From contig CAZSIU010000003.1 in the NCBI GenBank assembly GCA_964607225.1, positions 1-47,871 of the forward strand: a stretch of DNA of 47,871 nt, written 5' to 3'. The DNA is from an uncultured Methanosarcinales archaeon (GTDB lineage Archaea; Nanobdellota; Nanobdellia; Woesearchaeales; GW2011-AR4). Under the pieces are notes generated by a model, which did not search any database, was not told where the DNA came from, and saw only the letters and a program-made list of their open reading frames with translations. Shown piece by piece: positions 8,927 through 20,900 of this stretch; position 1 is the first letter of the stretch; each line of letters starts with the position of its first letter. The translations under genes were made by a program, and so were the position numbers.

Positions 8927-11900
8927 TTGATTGGTTTGAGTAAAAAAGGTGATTTGAAAAGGATTTTATGGATTTTAATAGTTGGAATGCTCTTGTTTGG
9001 GGCTTTTGCTGGGTTTTTAGTTTTTGGAGAGACAGCAGAGGAGGAAAAATTGAGATTGGAGGCGGAATTGGCGCAGCTTGAGTCGGATTTGAGTGCGATT
9101 GAGGGGGGAAGATGGGTTAATTATTCTTGTAATGTTAATCAAATATTTTTTAATAATTATAATTGTGATAATCAAATAGGGTATCATACTGTTAAAGTCT
9201 TGACTGAAGGAATACACAACCAACGGTTTAACTTTTCCAACCAGATTGCAGATGCACATAACTTGGCTTCTGTTGCTAATGTAACAACAAATGGCTCTGT
9301 TAATCAGTTTATTGATGATACAGATACTGATTTCTTGAAAGGAAATTTAAGCTTAAATGTATCAATAGCTGGAACTGGTGCAGGTGCAAATGTAACTTTA
9401 AAACCTTTTGGTGAGATAACTGCAAATGCAAGTACTGTTTTGCTGATGCACTTTAATAATGATACTGGGACTGGGGAGAGTGCTTCGTTATTCTTAGATA
9501 ATTCAACTTATGGGAATAACGGGACTTGTAGTTTAGCCAGCAACCAATGTCCTATATTTAATGAGAGTAATGCCAAGTATGGAAGAGCTGCTTTGGAATT
9601 TGATGGATTGGATGATTATTTTAACATTAGTAATAGTACTAAAGGGAAATTAAGTATGGGTAATAGTTCTTTCACTGTTGAAGCTTGGGTTAAACCAAAA
9701 AATAATATACCAAATGCTATTAATCCTATGTATATTACTAGCCAGTATTGCACAGGCGGAAACTGTCCAACAGCAGGATTCACTTGGAGTGTTACACAGA
9801 GTGGTACTGTCCGTATAGTTTTTGGAAGAGGAAGTTCTTACTCTCTTTACACAAATAAAACTATATCTGCTGGCGAATGGAGCCATATTGCAGTTAATAT
9901 TGTCAAGGTAGCAGCTCAAAGCAAAGCATACATTAATGGAATAAGCGTTAACTACACTGAGCAAAAGCCAGAAGATATAACAAATGATATAAGCCTAATT
10001 GGTACAACTAACAATAACACTGCAGTCGGGCAAATTAACCTAGAAGTTGATGGTGGAGGTAGTTTCTTTAATGGAACTATGGACGAGCTAGCAATCTGGA
10101 ATGGCTCTTTGAGTTCTGACATAATAGCAATGCATGCTGGCTATGTTATAATTGGCAACTTTACTTCTCAAGTCTTTGATGCAAATAAATCAGTACAATG
10201 GAGCTATATCTCATGGTATCAAGGAGCGGATGAAAAGGGAGTAAGCAACTTGTATCAGCAGGATTTAAGCAATGTGATTAATGCTTCAACTGTCTTGTAC
10301 ATGAAATTCAACAATGACACTTTGGAATCAGAGAGGCAATTGAATGTAACTCACAACATTTCTGCTGAAACAAATCTTGTTTTGTACATGCCGTTTGATT
10401 CGGCTAATGCAAAAGAATTGAAAGAAAATGGAAGCACTGTTTTATTGATGCATTTCAATAACAGAAGTGATTGGGGTGAAAATGATACTTTCTTTGTTGA
10501 CAATTCCACATTATTTAATAATGGGACATGCAATCTTGCTTCATCATTATGCCCATCAGTCAATACAACTGATTTCAAATTTGGAAGAGCTTCTCTAACT
10601 TTTGATGGTACTAATGATTTTGTAAATGTTAGCAGTCTGGATAATTCGACGGATTTGCCAAGTACTCTAACAACATATAGCTTTGAAACATGGTTTAAAG
10701 GATTCGGAACAAGTTCAGGAACAACTCCAGCGACTATAGGAATTCGAGATTCTACTGGAGGTAATGGTATCTTCTTAGTCGTAGAGCATAGAACAGGTGC
10801 TAGTCCTGGAATAAGTGTAAACATAAGAGACAATGCAAATACTCTCTTGAATCCTATAACAGATGTTGGAGACAAATTAACAGATAGAAATTGGCACCAT
10901 GAAGCTGTTGTTAGAGATGGCAATACAGTAAGAACATATTTAGATGGTGCTTTGATTAGCACAGCGAGTGCCACATTAGGAAATATAGGGTGGAACCAAG
11001 CTTTAATTGGCTCTAATAATGTAGGCAGTATATTTAATGGGTCATTAGACGAAGTAGCAATCTGGAACGTTTCCCTTTCATCTCAAATAATTGCACAGCA
11101 TTCCGGCTATGGAATTGACAGAAGCATTTACGGGAATAATGCCAGCTTGATGAATGGCTCTGTAATTAATTTTACTGGCAAATTCCAAGAGGCGATGCAG
11201 TTTGATGCTTTTAATGATTATGTAGAAATAAAAGATAGTGATGATTGGGGTTTTGGGACTGATGATTTTGCTATAGAGATGTGGGTTAATTCTAAAGTAC
11301 CAGTAGTCTCTGCAAATATCTACAACCTTATAAGCCAGTCCGAAAGTGCAGCTAGTAATTATTGGTCATTTAGAAAAAATGATGATGCTAATCTAAAATG
11401 GAGGTTTGAAGCTAATCCAGGGCCTTCTCTCAATGGCGGAGCAGAGACAACAATGCTAGAAATTGGGCGATGGTATCACATGGCTGTTACAAGAGTTGGT
11501 GGTACGTTGACAATATACCAAAATGGTATAGCTATTGCTAGCGGAAGTGGTGCTACTTCGATGCCAAATCTTAATGCACCATTACATATAGGATTTAGAA
11601 GAAATGTTGTTGGTGATTTCAATGGGACAATGGATGAGGTAGTAATCTGGAAGAACAAAACATTAAGTGCAGACAAAATCGCCGAGCACGCAGGCGCAAA
11701 AATAATTGATTACTCGCAATACGGCAACAATGGGACAAGAAACTTCAATTCAACAAGCGATTTCGGAAGGAACTTTACTGATGGGAAGTTTTCAAAGGCA
11801 TTGCAGTTTGATGGGGTGAATGATTTTGTGAATGTGACAAATATTACTGGACTGAACTTAAATGGAAATGCTGCAACTTTAGAGGCATGGGTAAACCCAA

Positions 11901-14900
11901 GAGCAATTACTGGGCCTCCACATACAATCATAAGAAAAGATCTCACTGGATCTGATGGTGGCTACTTCTTTGATTTTAGTAATGAAGATAACATAAGATT
12001 TTCATTAGGGGGCTTAAATGGTGGAAACCCATTGGCATCAACTCAATCTCCAACAGTTGATGAATGGAATCATATTGCTGGAACTTATGATGGCTCTGCT
12101 ATGAGGATTTTCCTAAATGGCGTGCAGATTGCATCAGTAGCAACGTCAGGAAGCATTACAACAGGCCCCGACACTACAATAATTGGAAATGATGAAGGTT
12201 TAACTACACCGGTTAATGGCACCATAGACGAACTCTCAATCTGGAATGTTTCTTTAAGTGCAGATGAAATAAGAAAGCATTACGAAAAAGGAGTTTTGAA
12301 ATTAAACTTAAGCTATAGAACTTCTCAGGATAATGTAACATTCACAGCTTGGACTTCTGTCGGAAACAATACTTTAAGCGCAATAACTTCAAATGCTATA
12401 AACAGATACTTCCAATACAAAGCTGATTTCAACACAACAGATGCAAGGTACACTCCAATATTGAACAATGTAAGCATTAATTACACAATAAGAAGCAATT
12501 TGACAATATTTGATGATACTGAATTAAGAGTTGTTATAGCAAATGAGAGATTTAACTTTACTGCTAATTTTACTGATTTTGTCAAGCCAATAAATGGAAC
12601 AAACATAAATTGTACAATTAGCTTAAACTCAACTGGCTCTTATGCAGCTCCTATTAAAATGAATTTTACTTCTCAAAATAAATATTATTATTATGAAACT
12701 TCATTTAGCAATAAAACAATTGCTAGCTTTAATGTAACTTGTGATGGAACTGCTCTTGGACATCGATTAATGAGAACAATTGATGCATTTAATGTGACTG
12801 TTGCAAGGGTTTCAAACTTTAATGGAACAACAACAGATTACAATAATTTAGCTGCATTTGATAATATTAGTAATGCAATTCTTGAAATTGTTGGCTTTGG
12901 AAGAATTACTTGGCTTAATACAATAAATATAACAGGAGCTGATTTAAACAAAAATATTAACATAAGCCAAAACAATATTGGTTTATTCCCAGAAAACTTG
13001 CACAGAACTTTAAACACATCTGCCAATATAACAATTTACAATGTGCAAAGCTTAGTAAGCCCAAGAATCTTAAGAAATAATGTAACTTGTCCAGAATCAA
13101 TTTGCACTTTAATAAGCTATAACGGAACTGCAATAACGTTTAATGTTACTTCATTCAGCAATCATTCTGTAACAAACGGAACTTTAAATATAACTGTTAA
13201 TTTGAATAATACATTAGTTTCTGCAGGCACTCCAATTCTTGTTAGTGGAAAAGCAAACTTAAGCAATGGCACAAATGTAAGCAATAATTTAATAAGATTA
13301 TTTGTTGATGGTACAGAGCAAGGCATAGGCTTAAACTTCATTGATAACTCTGATGCTGATTTCAATAAAAGCACTAATTTAAATGCAACAAGAGTAAGAG
13401 GAACTGGAAGCAATGCAAATGTAACCTTAGCTGATTGGGATTATGATCCTGATGGAAATTTAAGCGTTAATTTAACTGCTTACTGGAAGTTTGATGAGCC
13501 GACTTCTTCTAATAACAGAAGTGATTACAAAGGGAATAATAATTTAGCAACAAATTCAACAATAACAAGAGTTGATGGTGTAAGAGAAGGGGCTGCTAAT
13601 TTTACACGAACAAGGCAACAATATTTGAATATCAGCAATAACACAGATTTAAGTGTAGGGGGAAATATAAGCTTTACAATTGCTGCTTGGGTGTTTTTAG
13701 ATAGTGAAGATGTAATGTATGCTGTTTCAAAGCACAATAATGTCGCAGGTGATATGGAATGGTTTTTAAGATTTGATGGTGGAACAGATACAGATAAATT
13801 TAGGTTCCAAGTTGTTGAAGGAGCTACAACTAACAAGGATGTTACATCAACAACTACTGTTACTAATGGCACATGGTATTTCTTAGTTGCATGGTATGAC
13901 GATGATGCAAATACAATTAATCTACAAGTAGATAATAGTGTGGTTGATACAACTACTGGAATAGGTGCTCTTAACTTTACTGGTTCACCTTTCAGGATTG
14001 GAGCCTTCAGTAGAACACCATCTAATTTCTGGGACGGCCGCATCGACGAAGTAGCATTCTGGAAAAGAATATTGACACAAAAAGAAAGAAATGTATTGTA
14101 CAACGGAACTAATGCAAGCAGTTATCCATATCTATCTGGCAACACTTTCAAGCCATACAAAGGCAATTTTACAAGCCAAATTTTTGATGCTGGCAGAACA
14201 GTCAACTTCAGCTATATATCATGGTATCAAGGCGCAGATGACAAAGGAGTTAGCGCAGGCTATCAGCAGGATTTGGGTGGATTGGTTAATGCTTCAACTG
14301 TGTTGTACATGAAGTTTAACAATGACACTTTGGAATCAGAGAGGCAATTGAATGTAACTCATAATATTTCTGCAGAAACGAATCTTGTTTTGTATATGCC
14401 GTTTGATAGTGCTAGTGCTAGGGAATTAACTGCAAATGCTTCTACTGTACTTTTAATGCACTTTAATAATGTAAGTCCTGAGAATTACAACATGTCAAAC
14501 ACAACACTAATTTATGATAATTCTAGCTATGGCAATAATGGAACATTATTTTTAAACACAAGCGCTGGTAACTTTACACCAAATGGTGGCAGATTTGGAG
14601 GTGCTTTTGTGTTTGACGGAAGGGACGATTTTATCAACATTACAAGTTTAAGAGGATTTTCAAATGGAACAAATGCATCTACAATAGAGGCATGGTTTAA
14701 AGCCGATGGTTTCCCGGATGGTAGGACTACAATAGCTGGTTATGGACAAGATAGCACTAATTCACAAAGGTCATTTTACCTTGGTATTGGAACATCTGGC
14801 ACAGATCGTGTACTAAAAATTAGGACTAATGGAGATGATACTGGTGGAAATACAATAGTAAGCACAAACACATGGTATCATGCTGCGGTTGTTGATGATG

Positions 14901-17900
14901 GAACAAACATGAAGTTATATTTAAACGGAATCTTAGATGCAAGTGTTGCAAGAGTTGGAAGTGGAAAACTAGCAGAAGAAGCTTTTATAGGAAGAATTGA
15001 CCCTGGAATGGGAGAAGCTTTCTTCAACGGCACAATAGATGAAGTTGCTATTTGGAATGTCTCGTTGTCTTCAGCAATAATTGCACAGCATTCAGGTTAT
15101 GGAATTGACAGGAGCATTTATGGGAATAATGCGACTTTGATGTTTAATACAACTGTTAATCAAAGCGGTAAATTTGGAGAGGCTATGCAGTTTGGTGGAA
15201 ATGGTTTCGTTAATGTTACTCAAAGCAGTAATTGGAATTTTAGTACTAGAGATTATGCAATTGAATTTTGGGTTAAATTTAGAGGATTTGTTAATAATGT
15301 GATAATGGTAGACCTTGGAGGAGATACTAATATAGAAACCAGAGTTCAGTATGATAATGTAAATAAAAAATTTGTTGTTTATAGAGGAGGTGATTTAGTT
15401 GTTAATACAGACTGGACAGCTTCGACAGATACATGGTATCATGTTGCTGCTTCTGTAAGCAGTAATAATGTAAGAGGTTACATTGATGGATCGCAAATAG
15501 GAACAGGCAGTAACACCAGACCTGTAAACAACACACAAAACCTGATAATTGGTGCTTTTAGAAATGCAAATGGCAACTTTGTTAACGGCACAATGGACGA
15601 AGTCGCAATCTGGAACAAAACATTATCTTCTGATTTAATAGCACAGCACGCAGGCGCAAAGATTGTTGATTATTCCAATTATGGCAACAATGGAACAAGA
15701 AACTTCAATTCAACAAGCGATTTTGGAAGGAACTTCACTGATGGAAAGTTTTCAAAGGCATTGTTGTTTGATGGAAAGAATGACTGGATAAATGTTACAA
15801 ATGCTTCTGGATTAAATATAATAGGAAATTCTATAACAATGGAAGCATGGGTTTATCCCATAACAATGACCACTAATAAGGCTGGTGTTTTCAGAAAAAA
15901 TAGAGGTGGACCTGATGGTGGTTTCATCTTTGATATAGATACTGATGATGGACTCAGAATGGTTCTAAATGTATCAGGTACTCAAACATTACTAACAACT
16001 GCTGGTATTCCTCAAAATAATGTTTGGAGCCATGTTGCTGGAACTTATGATGGAACAACAATGAGGCTTTACCTAAATGGTGTACAGGTTGCTTCACAGG
16101 CATCAAGTGGCTCTATTGGTGTAAGTGATGAAAACTTAATAATAGGTAATGACCCAACTTTAGTTTCTCCATTCAACGGCACCATTGACGAAGTAGCAAT
16201 CTGGAATGTAAGCTTATCATCAGATGAAATCAGAAAACACTACGAAAAAGGAGTTTTAAAATTAAACTTAAGCTACAGGACAAGCAATGATTCAACTGCA
16301 TTTAGCCAATGGACTCCTGTGCCAAATAACACATTAAGCACAGTTGGGTTTAGCATTGCTGATGACAGCTTAATAGATGTTGTTGAGGGTGTTGTGGTTA
16401 GAAATGAAAAAATAAAAGAAAGCGGATTCCTCAACATGGCCGAGGAGTGTCGAAGTACAGATGAGAGAGGAACAAATAACTATTTAAATGTTTCGATTTT
16501 AAATTCTGATAAGTGCAAAGCCGCGGAAGCTCAACATGGCCGAGCGCCCAGTTCTCAACTGGGTGTACTGTCGAAGTACATGCGGGTTCAAAACTCTCAG
16601 CGTAGAGTTGAGAGTCCCGTCCGCGGCGCATTAAAAACTAACTCTGATAATTCTGAAAATGTTGTTGTGAAGAATGTTAATGAATCCGCTTTCTTTACAT
16701 TCTCGTCCAGCAGAAATTTAAGCTTCCTGGAGGGGAACTGTGACTTTGACATTATCTCTTCCTCTAGTGAGATCAGCAGCATAGTGCAAGGCTGCCTTGA
16801 CATGCTCCTTTGTGAGAGGTGTTATGAAGCTTGTAATTATCTCTTCAACAGGCATGCCTGCTTCCAGCATCTCCAGAACCTGCCAGACCATGATTCTGGT
16901 GCCTTTGAAAGTGGGCTTGCCATGGCAGATTTCGCTGTCCGCAACGATGTATTTGTTGATTTCGATTCTCATGATGTTGATGAGGGTAAAGGGCTATTTA
17001 AAGGTATCGAAAATCAAAGATTTTCGGGACTCCCGAAAATGCAAAGCATTTTCGATAGTATCGGAAATCAGGAAATAATCCCAATTGATGAATTCAAGAA
17101 AATCTGCCCAACACTTGACTGCAATGTAGTTGATTACATAACAGCAAAGAAGAAGATAAAAGACATTAAAGAAGGAGACATTGTTTTATCTTTGGATGAA
17201 AACTCTGGGAAATTAAAGCCTGCAAAAGTCAATGCCTTGCTTGACCATGGTATAAAACCAATATTTGAATTAAAAACAATTTCTGGCAGAGCAATAAACA
17301 CAACTGCTGAGCATCCGTATTTAGTAAAATTATATGATAAAGCTTTATGTGATAAATATGCAAATACTTTCTGGAATAAAATAAATGAAAAAGAAGAAAA
17401 CGGGTTCCATAGCCAAGCTATTGCACCCAACCAAGATCTGATTCCTTCGCGAACAAATACTATAAAACAAAACCTATTTAAATATCTTTCGGTTGAAAAT
17501 GAAGGGACGAAGCTGGGGTCGCATAGCCTGGCCAGTCGAATGCGAGTGAGCTCGTTCAAAAGCGAACTCGCTCACAACTCACTGTCAGACCGAGGATCTG
17601 ATTTCCTTCGCGGATCCGCGGGTTCAAATTCTCTCAGCAATGAGATGAATCTCCCGCCAGATGCATGCGAGTCGCTCGCATGCTCGCGACATCTACCAGC
17701 GTCAAAAATTAGTTCTGAAAATGAATTTGAGCAAAATGGCTATTGCACAAGATGGGTTGAGGCTTCAGAATTAAATGAAGGCATGGAGATTGCTGCGCCT
17801 AGGATAGAAAATGATGTTAATCAAAAAGAAAAATACAATAACAATGGTGTTTCCTTTAATGTTCCTGTTTTAGGGTCTACACTAAAACCAAGAGATTCCA

Positions 17901-20900
17901 ATACCACAACTCCGATTAATACCTTATCTATGATTTCTGATATTAAGACTCGAGTTACATCTTCTTTACCTTTGATTTTTATACGAGCTTCACCTTCGTT
18001 TAATTTAATTATACCTCCGCCTGATTCTACTTCTCTTTCAGCTAAAGCTTTAATTTCAAGTCTATCTGCTAATTCTTTTGGCAGTACTGTTAAAGTTGCG
18101 CCTGTGTCAACTAAAGCTTTGACCTTTTCAGAGTGCTTCCTTTCTAAATCAAATATTTCCGCTTCAACCCATGAATGTCCCATAAACACAAGTAACAATA
18201 ATGATATATTTAAAGATATTGTTTTTGAAAAAATTGCCTCAATTAATGCTTTTGACAAGCAGCACGTATATGACTTAAGCATTGAAGGAACAAAAAACTT
18301 CATTGCAAATGACATTATCGCTCATAATACTGCAAGATACTTCCAGTACAAAGCTGATTTCAACACAACAGACGCAAAATATTCACCGATATTGAATAAT
18401 GTAACAATTAACTATTCTGGAATATTCACTGATGCTTTTGGAAGGTATAACTTTACTATAACTGCAGGCTCAACAGCCAAAACCTATGAAGTCAAGGCAA
18501 ATACAACATTTGAAGGCTTAAATGGACAGCAAAATAATACGTTTAGGGTTACTGCAATTCCTGTAATTAACAGAAACTTTACAATTCCAACATTCCCAAG
18601 ATTTGGACAAAATGTCACTTTTGTTGTTAATGTAACAGATGCGGACAACAATATATTGTATATCAACTTCACCTTGAAGCCAGCAAATGGAAGCATAATT
18701 AACTTAACTAATGGAACAAGAGTTGGAGATTTGCACAATGTTAGCTTTAATTTAACTAACTATGGAACTTGGTTCTGGAACATAAGTTTGACAGATGCAG
18801 ATGGCTTTATTGTAAATATGACAGGAACTGGAGAGATAATTTTGATGCAGATAACTGTTAATCTGAATGCAACTTTAGTTCCTGCCTCATCTCCTATTGC
18901 TGTAAGTGGGCATATTAATTTATCTAATGGAAGCAATGTGAGCAATAATGTAATTAGTATTTTTGTAGATGGAACAGAGCAAATATCACTACATAACTTT
19001 ACTGATGATACTGATACAGATTTCAACGCTGGAACGTTCATTAATGTTTCAGTGCAAGGAACTGGAACTCTTGCTAATTTGACATTAAACAAGAATGAAA
19101 GCGGTGCCTATCCAAATATGACAGGAAACTTCACATCTCAGACATTCAATGCTGGCGGTGTGGCCAATTGGAGCTATATAAGCTGGACAGATGTTGCAAA
19201 CAACAAATATGGGCAAGATTTAGGCGATTCAATAAATGCTTCTATGGTTTTGTATATGAAGTTTAATAATGATACTTTGGAATCTGAGAGGCAGTTGAAT
19301 GTAACTCATAACATTTCTGCTGAAACTAATCTTGTTTTGTATATGCCGTTTGACAGCGCTGCTGCAAGAGAATTAACGCAGAATGCAAGCACAATTTTAT
19401 TATTACATTTCAACAACAGGAGCGATTGGGGTGAAAACAACACTTTCTTTGTTGACAATAGCACTTATAAAAATAATGGAAATTGCACTGGAACAGGCTG
19501 TCCAGCAGTTAATACAACTAATTATAAGTTTGGAGGAGCTGCTTTGACTTTTGATGGCATTAATGATTATGTTAATATTAGCGATAAAGACAGCTTGGAT
19601 GCTGTTTCTGCCTTTAACGGAACAACTGTTGAAGCGTGGGTTTATGTGGCTGGAAGCCCAACTGCAACACACCAAGTTGTGTATAAGAGTAATGCTTATT
19701 TCCTTTCGGTATTATCAGATGATACAGTAAGATTCTTAGTATATGAAGAGCCAGCTGGCAATGGTATATTTGATGCAACAACTACTACAACTATAAACAG
19801 AAATGAATGGCATCACCTTGCAGGAACATTTGATGGCTCTAATGGTAAAGTGTATATTGATGGGGCATTAGCAATAACAGATTCTGTAGACGCTGGAGAA
19901 AGGGTATATCAAAGCAATACATTCTCATTAATGATAGGTTCTGCTAATACCCTTGATGCTTTCTTCAACGGCACAATTGATGAAGTAGCAATATGGAATT
20001 TAAGCTTAAGCTCTGGAGATATTGCAAAACATTCAGGTTATGGAATTGACAGGAGCATTTACGGGAATAATGCGACAGTAATAAATGGAACAACTGTAAA
20101 CTTTACTAGTTTCAAATTTGGTGAAGCCATGACATTCGGCACAGACAATGATTTTGTCAGGATTAAAAACAATTCACTTATAACATTTGGAAATGGGGTG
20201 ACAGATAAGCCTTTCTCAATAGAAGCTTGGGTTAATTATAATCCCTCTACTGCTAGACTTGGTTGTGCAATAGCAGCAAAATCCAGCGAAGGAGGAGAGC
20301 ACGAGTATATTCTTAATAAAGATGGCGATGACAGATTGTTTTTAATCCTATATAACCGTACAGGCAATAGTGCCATCAGACGCATAGCAAATCACAATCT
20401 CACTTCATTATTAGGCAATTGGATTCATGTAGTATCAACATATGATGGAAGCAGCAGCGATACAGGAATAAAACTATATCTAAATGGTGTGCAGCTGTCC
20501 ACAACTAGTGCTAGTACAGCACCATATGTTGCCATGACTGGCAGCAGCGACTTACTGATTGGTAGATGGAGACCAGATTCCTGTAATGTCACAATAGATG
20601 AGTTTGCCATTTGGAATACTACTTTAACCCCAGACAAAATCTCAGAACACGCAGGCGCAAAAATTGTTGATTACTCGCAATACGGCAACAATGGAACAAG
20701 AAACTTTAATTCAACCTCTGACTTTGGAAGGAACTTTACAACAAATGCTAAATTTGGAAAGGCTTTGGTGTTTGATGGGGTTAATGATTATGTGAATGTT
20801 ACTGATTTACCCTCAATGAACGCTTTAACTCTTGAAGTATGGATTAATCCTAGCGATGTTTCAACTAATAATGTTATACTCGGTCATAATTTAGCTGGCA

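Larger units (their letters stand above)
16352..18328 (+). mobile_element. Intein 1 (659 aa, Ser1...HN/Thr+1), no endonuclease, three cargo insertions
   Basis: Block A SIADDSLI, block B INTTAEHPYL, blocks F/G VYDLSIEGTKNFIANDIIAHN|T. Confidence 0.85.

Noticed and set aside
9240-9270. ADAHN as an intein C-terminus
   Set aside because: Followed by Leu rather than C/S/T, and there is no block F.
9017-14312. Antisense and alternate-frame ORFs in the LamG region (also 18484-21267, 24637-25711, 28317-31746)
   Set aside because: Low-information mirror translations with no recognisable domains.
16552-16558. Reading the anticodon as TCA (Sec/opal suppressor)
   Set aside because: Stem symmetry centres the 7-nt loop on CTC, and TGA is used as a normal stop in this window.
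17134-17559. 141-aa minus ORF (and 22444-22695)
   Set aside because: Antisense of the conserved intein core; their mutual similarity just reflects the duplicated DNA.
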